Source: Sphagnum compactum
Lineage: Eukaryota
Assembly (NCBI GenBank): GCA_965153455.1
Contig: OZ234493.1
Span: 34,586,213 to 34,650,212, forward strand
Direction: 5' to 3'
Length of the DNA stretch: 64,000 bases
A model generated the notes under the pieces. It was not told the DNA's origin, ran no database searches, and worked only from the letters and a program-made list of their open reading frames with translations. Below are positions 1 to 13,560 of this stretch, in pieces (position 1 is the first letter of the stretch; the number at the start of each line of letters is the position of its first letter). A program made the translations under genes and the position numbers.

Positions 1-1728
1 GACGCTTGTAAGGTTATGATCACACCCATTGTTATGCCACCTTCAAAATGTCGTGTAATTTCATAGGTAAATACTTTTTACAAGTGTATGAACTTGTTTC
101 CCATCATGCCTGTTCAGATTGCTTTCACCTTGAGTAGTTAACATTTTTTGAGTATACCAGTTTGCTAGTATACTTGCCCAATATGGATTCCCAAAACAGC
201 TTGCCAAAAGAAGGCCCAAGTTGGCAGCAGCTACCAATTTTCAATCCACTAAAACCATAAGGTCTTTTTTCAGGAAGCATCACATAAATTTATGTCCCAG
301 GCCCCCCACCAGTCCCTGGATCTATAGAAATATGCCAGTCAAACCTACGGCCATGAAAGTGGTTCAGCCTTCTTATTGCACAGGGCAAATGATAAGTTGC
401 ATTTCAGCACAAATATGTGCATAAACCACCATCAATCATTCAAAAAAATTGCAATTTCTGTTTTTCGTTCCTCTTAACAAACCAGCCATTACATTTACTT
501 GTTTGTTAGCTGATCAATATGTTTATGAAATATTATCATTTCATGTTCTTCAGAATCAAGAAAGCACAAAAGAGGAAAAATGGAGTTTGGCTACTTTCAC
601 AATTGAGGCTACAACCTTCCAAAATTAACTATTTAAAAATCAACGTTCCACATTATCTTTCTAATATGGAGTAGACCAAAAATTTCTTTCTAAACTTACT
701 AGCATTTGTTGAACACAAGTTTTTACCTATTGCAACTTTTATAACATACTAAAATTTGTTCCCAAACAAGAATTTCCAAGTCTTAGTTATTCAAGAGTAA
801 ATTCTTTACTTGAGTTTATTTTCTAAATAGGGTTTGACTCTTATGGTCATTAATGATAAATTTGATGTTTGCTTTCCCCTCCCTTACAATCTATGCACCT
901 AGTTTAATTTCCCAATATCATCCAAAACTATATGCACTTTGAAAATCTACTAACCCACGGTAACAACATGAGCATTGAGGATATTTCCTTCTCCATATTG
1001 ACTTTCACATGTACCTACTACCTACACTATATATGGCACCCTAATCATATTTTCAAGATCAACTTCTTCAATTGCAATCACAAATATATTATGCAGTGTA
1101 AATTGTAGTCTCATCTTTTCCACCAGTATCAAATCAGTGTTTCTTTTTCCAGATTTCTAATGTCATGTCATATGCAAGCATCCCAAGAGGGATTTTGCAT
1201 TAAATGGTGATAGGTTTCTACAACTTGTCTAAAAAGTTAAAAAGCTGGTAGGAAAAATGTCCCCCCACCCCCTAAATTCTTGTTATCTAGTTCTTAAATT
1301 GAATCAACAAGGGACCTAGGGTAAAAGCATGATAAAAAAAAATTAAATTTAAATGAATGTTTTAAAATTTAGCATGTATAATGCATATAAAATCAAACAA
1401 GTAGCATAAAAATGGGTGAAAATAAATTGTAAATCATCTCACATTTTATTATTATTATGAGAATTCACTTAAAAAAAATTAGGACCAAATGAATTTTAAA
1501 AGTAAATCAAAAGTATTATTATTTGTCGAATAGTAGATTTGTAAATGGGGATACTTTTAGCCCATTTTTAAAACTTAGTTGCTCTATTACTTTTGGAGAT
1601 ATAGATATCATTATAATTTTGAGTTATAGCCATAATAGAAAGTATTTAAGTACATAACACATATTTAATTAATTTTGGACTTTAACTTTAATCCTAGACT
1701 TAATTCAATACAAGAAACAGGCTAAGGA

Positions 1729-2125
1729 ACAAAACCATTTTAATAGCCACCAAATAGGATATATTTCAACCATCTTTTCATGTAATTGCATAAAGTTTCA
1801 ACAAGAACTTGAATTTGGCACCAAATTCAACAAGTTGGGGAACAAAACCAATCTAGTGGCCATCAAATAAGACGTATTTCAACCAAGTTTTCATATAACT
1901 TCATTAATTTTCCAAAAAAAAGTGAAATTGACATCAAATTCAACATGGTGCAAATGTTGAAATCGATCTAGTGGCCACCACATGGGAGGAATTTCCACCA
2001 TGTTAACATGCATTTTCATAATTTTCATTCAAAACTTGAATTTCCATTCAAATTCAATATGATTGTTTAGTGGCTTCCAAATTACTAGAATTTCAAACAG
2101 ATTTTAATTAATTTTCATAAAACCT
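1729..2125. repeat. Diverged tandem repeat, ~110-115 bp unit, ~3.5 copies (probable subterminal repeat of the adjacent DNA transposon)
   Basis: Units of the form AACAAAACC..TAGTGGCCACCAAAT..ATTTCAACCA..TTTTCAT..AACTTGAATTT..CAAATTCAACA start near 1729, 1841, 1958 and 2065. The TAGTGGCCACCA motif recurs inside the element (4687 reverse, 4797). Confidence 0.75.
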
Positions 2126-2707
2126 ACACAAAAACGTGTAAACTCAAACATGTTTTAATTGAACTCAAACTTGTAAACTCAAGTCTAATTGATATGATGT
2201 TCACCAAATTTCAAATAATTATTTCCATCCTCCTATCGTCAATTACAACCAATATCTTCAAATTAAAATTCGTTGAATTTGGTATAAATTAAACCGATTG
2301 GCTACAATGAAGGTTAGACCTTACCAACAACAAATCATAACCTTAAGTACATGAGTGCAATTTTTTTTTGTAATTATCACTAATGCCACCAAATGTTGAC
2401 AAAAATTTCATGCTCCCATGACATTAAAAAGGAAATTTCCACGCATCACCTCTATAATAATTTTTCATGCACAGTTAAAGTGACAATTTAAAACAAGCAA
2501 TCTCCATATTGACAAAAGGTTTTTACAAACTTTGGAATGTTTATAAAGAGGATAAACATTAATATTTTCCTCAATGAACACACATAGGAAAATTGAATAT
2601 ATTCCAAAGGATTAAAATCCATTTGAAAAAAAAACTAGATCTATTGTAGTGACCATAAAATAGCACCAACATTTCTACTTAATGTTCATAAAAAATTCGA
2701 CCTGCAA

Positions 2708-5400
2708 TTAGAATGTACAAGAGTTATTATTAGTTACATCAAGATTAACTTTTGCCTTGGATGCATGGGTCACACTAATATTTATCATGGAATAAACTAT
2801 TATATTGCTTTTAGTTAAAAAAGAAAATGTGACACAAGAGATTTTGACTCATTGTTTTAGGTCTGCATGATTATTCTTCCACTTGCTCAACCAATAATTA
2901 TGATACAATTCCTCATCATTCTTGGCTCCTTTTTTCACAAGAACCCATCATTGAACATATACCTTCTTATAATACTCATTCTCTTGATCCCTTACAACAT
3001 CACTTTCGACCCTACCCATCCACACAAAATAGACTGTAGGGTTTGCAGGCCATAGAAGAACAAAATTACCAACAAACAAGTCACGAAAAGGCGTGCTCAG
3101 AAAAGGGCACATGCTTTTAGGGCCACACTATGGAGGGATGATAGGATCTTTAAGGTCAACATCTACAACGGTAGGAATGGATGTGCGCTCATAATTAGCT
3201 CTCCAATTGTTAGAAGGCCAAAAGCCTTCTAACAAAACAGAACTCTATTGTGGGATAGGTTTTAATAACAACTCCAAAATGCTCTCCTAATATTTCACAT
3301 AAGGCCCCATAATTCTAGAATACAAATTATTCTTTGACATCCCAAGCTTCTGGAACTTAATATATTTCAAAATTTCACTATTAATGAACCTTTTCTTCTC
3401 ACCTACTTTCAATTCATCATTTCCCCATATCAAGCGAAATGGAACAAGATTCAAAACCCTCACTGGCAGTTTTGACCGTCTAGTTCCATCTTCCTTCCAT
3501 AATCGTATGGTCGGGCCATCTTTAGGGCTCCACAAAACATTAATAGGAAATACTTTGTGTCGTATCACTTGCCACCCTACTTTGTCCACAAAAAACCAAA
3601 ACAAATGCATCTTTGTATGATCGATAAAGACATCCATGCTATCGTTCAAATATCGATTGACCCAAGATTTGAAATCAAGGATTTCCTTAATGAGTTGCAA
3701 AATGTATGGATGATCTTGGGAAAACATGAATGCTTTCATCAAATCTGCCATGACATAATTATTCTGTTCTCTCAAAATTTTCAACAAATATCCAAAACTT
3801 TCGCCAATATTTTCATGTGTGTGCCCAACTACAAGAAACCTTAATTGAATTTCTTCGAAAACTTCGTGAGCAATTAGCAAGGAAAAAAATGCTAGCAAGT
3901 GACGATTCTTGTTATCTTTCACATAATTGTCCATCTGAAAAAGAGCTTCCTTGGTAATGGCTTCACACCCATGATTTTGTTCACAGGCTTCAAGCATTCA
4001 AACAATAGGAACTTCCTTGCAGAATTTGTTGGAAAAATGCGTTTTGGGGTTCAAACTCAAACAAAACCTTTGACTTTTTAACTAGCTCCTTATCAAGGCT
4101 AGGAAATAAGCTCAAAAGTGATTTAATCATGAAATTAGGATCATTGTGCCAAATTCCATTAGAATATTGAGTAAAGGCTTCATCCCCACGTCCACGAACA
4201 ATCATTCCAGTCAATGTCACTAACAACTGCCCTAGCCTAGACACCATTTTGTTTTTCACTTGAAGCTGAGGCATAGCTGTTTTAGAATGGTCCATCTTAT
4301 CATGAATTACACATAAGAAATCTTCTTTAGATTGCACAAATCAGCTCTCCAAGTGTGATATAGATGCCAACAAGATTTTTGGTGAATGTTATGCTTCTTC
4401 AATTTAATCTCATGCTCCTTCACACAAGGGTTGTTTTATTCACTTCAGATATCAAATTCTTCAAGGATTCACAAACGGTAAACTTGGCAAAAACAGATCC
4501 TTTTCCTGCACATCCATGTTCAGATGTTTTTTTTCCTCAATTGGTTCACTGCAGACTACGAAATATTTCCAACTTACAACTTTTTGTTAACTTACAAGCG
4601 TGAGGAGAAACCAAATATCGAAATGACAAACAAAAACAATATATATCTATTGCAATTTCAATTAAGGCCATGTTACTCTATAAACTTGGTGGCCACTAGG
4701 TTGAAAAATTGTCAAGACATTATAGGTTATAAGATTCCATGAAAAACCAACTTGTAAAAAATGCCTGAATGAAATAATATTACATCATTACCTTATCTAG
4801 CGGCCACCATATGGAATTTTGATTGAAAAGTATACCAAGTCTTCATACAACACAATGAAAATGAATCATTCCATGTTACTTGATCACTATGCTCTTGCAT
4901 TGTCCACCAAGTATCTAGAAGAAAGAAATGGACATCTTGTCTTCCATCTCCGATTCCCTTCATTTGATGCGGCATTGCATTAGCACAATGTTCAATCAAC
5001 GACTAAATGTTTAATTCGGCCTATATTGTTGGGGCTCATTGCTTTTAACTCCCCTTATTTCTATGTGGTAAAATCTACACTCTCTTTTGCTTTCCTGCTT
5101 ATAACTCATGTAAGTTGACCTAGAAATCCCCATGATTTTGTACCAAAGTTCATAAAGGTCTAGAACTTGTCATCTTCTTCAACATTGTTTTTTGCAAGTT
5201 CTAGTTCTTATTGTTGATGCTCATGCCACTTCTTGGCACTTTCAAGTTCTTTCTTGTGCACATCTGGTGAGAACTTCAAGGCCTTCACAACTTCATTATG
5301 AATATTGAGAAAAAATGCATTGCAAGAATGGAATGCCTATTGAGGCTCTTGCAAAATTAAACCAAAGGTGGAAGTTTCAGATTGCTGACAGAATGTGTCA
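2708..5400 (-). pseudogene. Degenerate DDE-type DNA transposase (GHTHE motif, DUF7869/Sola-like), frameshifted, probably intron-containing
   Basis: Colinear minus-strand fragments: CANAMPHQMKG (4793-4999), FAKFTVCESLK and HQKSCWHLYHTWR (~4340-4490), IHDKMDHSK..LTGMIVRG (3990-4337), QMDNYVKDNKNR..FLVVGHTHENIGESF (3287-3997), then LLEGFWPSNNW..WMGRVESDVV..WLSKWK down to a TAA at 2708. These match the D(G/K)MD, QxDNxxxxNKN and GHTHEDID pattern. There are multiple stops and frameshifts. The superfamily assignment is from memory. Confidence 0.75.
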
Positions 5401-5616
5401 AATATTCTAGAATGGAAGTCATGGGCCACTATAATTTGTATTTAGCCCCTTTTACCATGAAATAAAATGTGACATTGGTAAGTTCGGTGGCAATGGTTGC
5501 AACCTTTAGTGAATTGTCTAGATCTACAATTTTAATTTCTTTCTATTGAAAAAGATTAGGGTTCAAAGCTTGCACATTTTACTAAAACTCTAAAATTTCA
5601 TGGGCTTCTCACTTGA

Positions 5617-6120
5617 TTATTCAATAATTTTAGATATGATAATTTTGTATGGATTTTGTTTTGCAATAGTATGAACTACAAAGTGGATGCTATGCATGCC
5701 CATAGACATTGCATGGAAGCACAAGTTGTTGGTAGCGGTTTTGGGAAGTGGTGGTGAAGATGGGAGTCTGCTGGTGATAATGTGCATAGATTGTGAGCAT
5801 GGCATGATGATCGAGAACACAATAGGTGGTGGAATTTGGCATGACAATTGTAAGCACAACATGGTGATGGTAAGCATGATAGTTGGTGAGAGTGTGGTAG
5901 TTAACTCTAAGTGCAACGATGGTGGTGTGATAATGGTGAGCATAGCAATCACGAAGGTGGTGAGCACAACCACTGTGAAGCATGGCAGTGATGTGAACAC
6001 AGCAATGGTGAGTGGGATGATGCAACAAACACAAGCAACAAATACAAGCACAAAGCAATAAAGAAAAGCCCAAGCAACATGCAAGCACACAAAAGAACAT
6101 AAAGATCAGCAAGAAAAAAT
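5617..6120. repeat. Low-complexity ATG/GTG/CAT-rich tract upstream of the transposase remnant
   Basis: Repeated GGTGATG/GCATG/AGCAC motifs give compositionally biased ORFs on both strands (His-, Thr-, Met/Val-rich). Confidence 0.6.
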
Positions 6121-6809
6121 AAAATAAAATCTCAAAACATGATATTGGAGCTAGCTATTTCAAAAATAGCCTTGTCACCAACAGTGCTATTTGTGACAAT
6201 GCTGTTTTGGGCATCATTGCCAGTTCGGAGAGCTCCAAATAAGGGCCGGTTTATTGGAGGTGTTGTGATGGCTCACGTGACACTGACACTTCCTTCCCCA
6301 GTTACCACTAGGTTGTTGTTGAAGGGGTGTTTGGTGTATCCTGGTGGAGATGCTCTCAGCATGCAACATTATTGTTTAGTAGAACAAATGGAAACCAGAA
6401 TTGCTGGATCTCTAACGCTATTTGCAACTGAGAAGGTGTAGGGGGCCTGCTGGGTGGTTAAGGGTTAAGTTAAGGGTTAAGGGTTAACTCATAGGAACCT
6501 CTTATGTTCTATGGAATGTTCAGGCCCCTGTCCATTATGTTGGGTAAGGTGCCAAGTGATCCCAATAGGGCGAGCTATGCAATGCACCCAACATAAGGGG
6601 CAGTCATGATATGAAGGTTTGCAGTGGCAGGTTTGATAATTTTGTAAGAAAATCATGATTAGGAGACATTTTGGTGACTATTGCAAGTGTATGATCATCA
6701 CTGGAAAATTATGTCATATACTGTGGTCAAGCAAATGACATAATCTTCCCCCCCAAACCTTAATGTAACCATAAACATGCAAACTGAAATTGCTGTTTGT
6801 AGTTAGATA

Positions 6810-6903
6810 GCACCTTATGCAGCAGGATTTTTTTTGTGCACTTCACACAATAAAAAATCCTGTGCATAAGGTGCACGCAGTGGGATTTTTATTGTGAGAG
6901 GTG
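6810..6903. repeat. Overlapping inverted repeats (double hairpin)
   Basis: GCACCTTATGCAGCAGGATTTTTTTTGTG (6810-6838) pairs with CACAATAAAAAATCCTGTGCATAAGGTGC (6846-6874). CACTTCACACAATAAAAAATCC (6839-6860) pairs with GGATTTTTATTGTGAGAGGTG (6883-6903). Confidence 0.85.
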
Positions 6904-8117
6904 CTGCTTCTCATGTCTCTCCACAATAGAAGAAAATTTGGCTGGTTCTTAATGCTGGATGAAGGCCGCAGGTGGGCAGGCGCTTGCCACTTGCAGGGTC
7001 CATGTTCTTATTTCAGGAATTACCTCACACTACACTGTTTATGAACCATGAAGTTCATGGAATGTAGTTTGTTAGGAACAAAATAAGGATGCTATTCTCG
7101 CTATGTCCAGACGTCTAGAACTAGGTGCACCTATCTAGAAAATATTTGCACATCCGGTCTCACAAGGTGTGTGATGAGTGGATCAGTGTAAATCTGTGTG
7201 TTGTGCGGTTATCTCAATTTATAAAGAACCGTTGGTTCCCATTTTAAAAATGTTTCAAAATTAGAAAGCCACCAATTCTGGGTTAAAAAAAAAATCAGAA
7301 TGAAAGTACTAACAGTTCTAGTTACTTCCAAAAACTCAAAAAACTGGTTGTATTGTTGAAAGAAGCAATAAAGAACTGGCAGTTATACAGGCCGTTATTC
7401 CATTTTTTTAATTTTTAGGACAAACATGACAAACATGATTATATATCAGAATTGGTTCTTTGATTTTTTTTGAAGACCACATTCATGGACTAGTAACCTG
7501 CTCAAGTGTGCAAGTTACCAGACATAACCATCCAGTTGAAAACTGAAATGCTCTCTTTTCATCCATGCCAAGAGCTGTTGTAAACTCTCCATCCAAGCTA
7601 CAAATGCCTGATGAGGTCTCATGAGGGTGGTACCTTGTGCTAACTAGTAGGTTGCGAACAAACCAGAGGTCACAGGTTATGGGTTGTAACTTGCAGCCTG
7701 ACAGCCAACCAGAGCATCGAGATTCTCACACGGGATGGTTATGAGGCCTAGAAGAACCACCCTGATAAATGGGGGCGGGTGGGGCTGTTCCTGTTTCTGG
7801 TAGTCTCACAACACTGGAGTTGACACATGAATATCAAGCTGGCTCCCAAGGCAAACCACAATATATTTGCTGGGGTTTAGGCCCAGAGTACTTATTATAG
7901 GACTTCGGACATAATTCATACATATGTCACAGTTCCATATCATGATATAGCCGGTACAATACCCCAGAAAAAATGATTCTTATTATGATGCCAAGGACTC
8001 TAGAATCTATACTCCTTCCCTCCTTCCCTCCTCCCCCCTCCTCTTATGTGTATGTAGCACTGTGAGTCCTTTTCTTGTGTGTGCGAGTCTTGTGTGTTTC
8101 GTGCCAAAGTTTGCCAG

Positions 8118-8270
8118 ACTCAACTTGGTCACTGCTTCCAGAAGGCCTTTCTCAAGAGACTATGAGACAGCTTTGAACTAGCTCGTACTCAACTTGGTCA
8201 CTGCTTCCAGAATGCCTTTTGCCATAAGACTCTTGAGAACTCTTGCTAATTAGCTTCTATCACTGCTTTT
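8118..8270 (+). repeat. Direct tandem duplication, ~69 bp unit
   Basis: ACTCAACTTGGTCACTGCTTCCAGAA occurs at 8118 and 8187. Confidence 0.85.
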
Positions 8271-8624
8271 AAAGTGCCTTTTACAATAGACTAGGAGGCA
8301 GCTTTGTACTTGTGTTTATGAATCGTGATAATGGTGGTTTGGAATGCACTAGAGTGTGGGTACATGAGCTTGTACCACTGACACTAGTGTTCCAGTACAC
8401 TACTACCTTGTTAAGAACAGTACATAATAGAGGGTTAGAGGCCCAGAGTGAACCAGCACTCACCAGGGTATTTTTTTTTTCTTTCAATTTTGTGGTTTTG
8501 AAAGTTTGGCAAATTTTTCTCCGATTTCTAGCAATTTTTTTGGAAGTTTCACTAAAAGTAATTTACTTTTGTTGCCACAGTGCGAAAATCTCCCCCCCCC
8601 CCGGCAATAAACAATAAAAGCCCA

Positions 8625-8900
8625 CTGCCACCAGCGCAGAATGAGGGATGGATGGTAAGTGCTCAGGAAACAGTTTTCTGTTGTGTTCCAGTTGCCTAGC
8701 TAACCATGGTTGATAGCTCAGTTGGGTTGTTAGTAGGTAGGTAGTAAAAACAGCCCTTACTTATGTATAAACCACATACTTACCTAGTAGTTGCCTATTT
8801 ACCTACATATGGAACCTCGTTCCTACATAATGGGTTCCCAACGTCAAACCAGACATTAAACTCAGTTGAAGTTCATACATAACTGGGGCATCCAGTGCTG
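8625..8900. mobile_element. Interspersed non-autonomous repeat; related copies at ~10400-10620 and 11040-11160, and at ~39450-39820 (opposite orientation)
   Basis: Shared blocks: CTCAGTTGAAGTTCAT / ATGAACCTCAACTGAG / ATGAACTTCAACGGAG, GTTGTTAGTAGGTAGGTAG, and CTAGCTAACCATGGT / ACCATGGTTAGCTAG. Confidence 0.65.
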
Positions 8901-9430
8901 TTGAGTCCTCCTTCAGTCTGGTGGGCTTTTCAGGGCTTTCGTGCAATGTGTGAGAACACTGGAGTTACATACTGTAAAGTAAGTTTGCCAACATTGAAGT
9001 TCAGCATCCTCACAGTAACCTACTTTTGCCTGTTGATTTTTGTCACCATTATTTTAGTGTGCAAACTTGGAAGCCAGCATTCTCATTTCATTGACAGTAA
9101 GTATACTCAATCGGTCCTTACATGATCATGCTACTGTTAGTCACCTGAAGCCTTCTCTGATTCGTAGGTTGCTTGCTAATCAGCACAGCTGGAAATTTCT
9201 ATCCATTAAATATCCATTTCATATTTGTGCAAATTGTGTCTAGTTTGGACAAGCACAGCAGGATACATAGAAGTATGACAGGATACATGTGAATAGATAG
9301 ATAAATAAAGGAAAAACACCTGACAAGGGAATAAGAGAAGAAAAAAGAAAGGATTAAAGTCCAAACAAAAGACCACACTTGAAAATGTGGAACACACAAT
9401 GGGGAGCCCTAAGAGGAGAAAACATGAAAC

Positions 9431-9690
9431 CTAAGACCTAAACCTATCACTAATAGCATGAAGTAAATCGTGCAAAGAAATGGACAAAAAACTTGAAAGG
9501 ACACCAAGCTTAGAAGAAGCCTCTCCTACTGCCACAACTACTTGATGCAAGATAGTGGCAGCCTGAACTCTCCAGAGAGCGACTGACCGCTTGTGCTTAT
9601 GAAATGAATATATATTCGAAAGAGAAGGACCTCTAGAGCCCTTCGCTGACCATGGCATGTTGACATATCGATAAAAAAAAAGTTGTCCAT
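9431..9690 (-). mobile_element. C-terminal fragment of a degenerate non-LTR retrotransposon ORF (restriction-like endonuclease, CRE-like)
   Basis: Translation NMPWSAKGSRGPSLS..F..KRSVALWRVQAATIL..GEASSKLGVLS resembles the region after the RLE domain (R..VALQR..A..I). A fragment that appears to be from the same family lies at 61925-62105. Confidence 0.5.
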
Positions 9691-12600
9691 TTGCTAATAT
9701 AAACATCTAAATATCTCTACTGCTGGAGGGATAAAAATACATGTTCTTAATCATCGCAGGGACTTAACTACTAACAAATGTTGGGTCGCTATCACTTTGT
9801 GATTCCCAGGTGTCCATTGTATGGCACCAAGGTGTATATCTGCCGGCTGAAAAATCGAGAGCTTCATGTACCCAGACTGTTTGAGAACCCATGGGTCTTA
9901 ATCTAGGGTGGGGTTGGAGTATAAAGTTTAGGTTAAGTTTTGCAGGCAATAATTAATTAGTTAATTATTCACTATAAAATTTAAGAAAATTCAATTATTT
10001 AAAAAATTGCAAGCCTAATAAGGAAACCATTTTCACATATGTGATGACTATTACAGTATGAGCAGAATCATGTCCAGTGTCACATCTTTGACAAGTATCG
10101 GGTTGTAGAATTTTTTTGAGAGTTTAGGAACATCAACAGTTCTTTTATTTAAAACTTTTCAAAAAACTGGTCTGAAGTTTTTCGTTTAAGAATGTGATGT
10201 CTGCCCACCACATCTAATAAGGTCCATCAGGCTTCCTTTCTTGAGAAACCAAAAGTATTATCCAAAGACTAATTTGGAAAAAAGTTGGCAGGAGACATCT
10301 TCACTAACGCATTTGGTGGTTTAATTATTTTTGTTTCAAAGTTCTAGCCCTGGACTCCAGCTATCACTCCCCCAATTGATACAATGTACTCACAACCAGA
10401 ACCCCTGGATAGTAGCAGCCAAAGTGAACTGGCACCCACCAGTGCACCATCGACCGGATGACCAATATGACTCAGTTGTGGATGAACCTCAACTGAGCTA
10501 ATATCTGGTTTCACATTGGTAACCCATTCTGTATGAAGTAAGTCTATATAGCCTACAAGTAGATAGGTAAGAAAATATTTGATTACTATGCAAATAGATG
10601 GTTTATACCAGTGCGGGGGCAGTTCATTTTTATGAAAAATCTCGGGTTCTAAATAATAAATTAGAATGGTTTCTGCTCCAGTTGGACACAAAATTAATGG
10701 AACCAGGAATCCAGTTTTAGGTCTGGTTAGTAAAAAAAAAAAACTGATTCTGGTCTGAAATCAAATCCAGTTCTTAGTAACCTGGACCGGAATTGACAGT
10801 TAACTACTGATTAACGCCGGGTAGAGTCTTTTCTTCAAAAATATTGGTTCCAATTCCACACATAAATATAGCTGGAACCTGCATTTTTAATTCTTAAAAA
10901 ACCTAGATGTGATTCTGAAAATCAGATCCGGTTTCAATTCAATTTTTACTAATCAGAACTAAAATCAATGATTGTAACCCACCAAACTGGGTACCCACCC
11001 TCTATAGTTTATACATAGATGGGGGGGGGCATTTTTGCTTGTGGGTAGTAAAAACAGCTACTGAGCTATTCACCATGGTTAGCTAGGGAACGGGAACCCA
11101 ATAGATAGTTGTTTCACTTACCACTTACCATCTGGAGGGTGGTTTTTCACTCTGGCCACCAATAGCTACCAATGAAGGGTTTAGGGTTTAGTGTCCATAA
11201 CCAATGCGTACCTTGCTGGTGCCTAGCAAACATTTGTTGTGTTATCTCTACACGCCATGCATTCATCTGTTGAGAGCATCGGATGGATGCATTTGACACC
11301 AATTGTGTTCAAGGCTTTAGTTGATAATGGGTACATTTGGAATTGGAATATAACTTCCATTCCTCCTCTTTGGCTGTCACTTCAAGGGGAATTTGCCATA
11401 TCATGGTGATTTCAGTTTGTTGAATCATAATGGGGACCATCCCCTGCAGACCCAAGGCCCATGCCACATTTCAGGCAAATGGTAGAGATTTGTAAGGACG
11501 GATATTTGAACACTCATTTTATGGATTTGGCCACCCATCATCCACCCCTTGTGACTAGGGGTGCACTTTGGTCCATGTGTCTTCCGTTATGATTGTTTTT
11601 TTGGGGCAGGAAGAGAGGGTGTGGGAGTCACACCTTAATGTGTTTAATCAATTAGTCGTGCCTTCTCCAAGTTCACTCACTTTGGCTAAATCTTACCCCA
11701 CCTACTTGGTGTGGCAATAATTAATCACCTATGACCCCCAAATCAGCAGCCCTGATCAAACATCCGGTAGCATAGGTGTCATTAACAGGTTAAGGGTATT
11801 AAAAACCTACTTGGATGAAATTCTAATTATCCAAGTAGATTATTAAATTGTAAAAATTCAATACTCAACCCATAAGGATCTTGTTGGTTTTTTGGATGCT
11901 ACCTAGGTAGGTTCTTTACTTGGTTTTAAAAAAAAAGAATAATCACTAGGTAGGTTATCAACAACCTTATTGATAATTGGTTTCTTTTTCAATAGCCAAC
12001 CAATACTACCATAAATGGAAAAGTTGTTATGAGTGTTGGCTGATTTTTGCAAAAAACTCGATTATCAATAAGGTTATTGATAACCTACGTAACATTTATT
12101 TATTTATTTGTAAAGCTAGGTAAAGAGCCTACTTGTATAGTAATAAGTAGCATCCAAAAAGCTAGAAAGACTCAAGATATGGGTTGGGTGTTGAGATTTC
12201 AAATTATAATAACCTACCTGGATGATTGGCATTTCATCCAAGTAGGTTATGAATCCTAACACCCAAACCCATTTATGACAACAAATAAAAGAATAACGAA
12301 AAACCCCTAAAACCTACCCTATATAGATCGTACAAAATGCAATTCTCAAGGTGAGTATTTGAGAACTGATCCATATACATAATAAGTGCTTATTACCAAA
12401 AGAACAACTAAATAAATTGGTAATTGGGGGTTCAGAGAAATTGATAACATATGGGTCTAGGTTTTTTTGGAAATTTTGAATTTGTATCCTATGTGTGGTT
12501 CAAATTTTTCAAGAAAGAAACCTACCTGGTTATGAAAAAAAAGTAATAACTGGCCAACAGTGATTCAAACTTCAAATTAAAAATTTCCATTACTTAATGT

Positions 12601-13289
12601 CTATGTATAACTTGTCATCTAGAGGCATGCACTTGTATGAACATGCCCATCCATCAAATGCACACACATAGCACTTTGTATGTCACTCACACATTGGGTC
12701 ATGTTGGAGCCAAAATGTTATGCCCAAATCCTACACCAATGCCTACTATATAGTCTTTTCCTTATGTGCAGGCCCCAGGGCCAATAGACAAAACAAAATA
12801 GCAAGAACGAATTCAATTCCCAACAATGATGTCAGGATCTTGATAAAGTACCTGAATGTTCTACCTTCATTACAAAAATCTCCTGTTCATGTCTGTCCAA
12901 CTTTCATTTTGCATCTTAAAATCCGCAGCCATTATGAGTTTCATATACATATATCCATGCAGAATACTACAAACTGTGGCGGAAGAACAAGCCACATGGC
13001 ACATACATTGTTGCTGATCAAGCTATTAAGAGGCAGATTGGACATTGGACACGGTTCCAATCATTATTTCCCATCAGATTACAGGATCTGCAGCGATTTT
13101 ACAGCCCTCCTCTACCACATCTTCGTCAGTACTTAAGTTTTTTGCTGTGGCTGCAGTAAGTACTTGGCTTTTACCAACTGGAGACAGTTGCTACAAAAAA
13201 CTCAGTCCTCTCCTTTAAGTGTTTGCAGAGTTTTTAAAGTTTAGACGCACATCAGTACTTATTACTCAGTGTGCCTACCCATGAAAGCA

Positions 13290-13560
13290 CCACTCACTTT
13301 TCAACTCTGTTATGCGGACCCCTTTTCTTATACTGAGTTTGTCGCCTGTGTTCTTACAAAGAGACTCTGGATTGTTGTTAGGGCATTTGGAGCGGTGCTC
13401 ACTATGTGAGAAAGTATTTCTCGCATCCAAGTTTAGTAATTTAAGTTTTTCCAACACCACCCCATGCCAATAACACTAAAACGGTGTCTGAAATTAGGTG
13501 GGAGGCTACTAATAGCAATCCACCTGGACCAATCATTATGATTAGCCAAGAAGCAGCAGT
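13290..13560. mobile_element. Interspersed repeat copy; inverted copy at ~22530-22710, partial copy at ~63300-63370
   Basis: TAGGTGGGAGGCTACTAATAGCAATCCACCTGGACCAATCATTATGATTAGCCAA is matched in reverse complement by TTGGCCAATCATAATGATTGGTACAGGTGGTTTGCTATTAGTAGTCTCCCACCTA at ~22550. Confidence 0.75.

Noticed and set aside
5617..6112. His-rich and hydrophobic ORFs of 124-157 aa
   Set aside because: They are a by-product of low-complexity trinucleotide-like sequence open on both strands.
12810..12852. Minus-strand peptide VLYQDPDIIVGN, similar to the family-B polymerase exonuclease motif DPDIIVG
   Set aside because: It is followed immediately by a stop and has no flanking polymerase similarity. 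It is too short to support.
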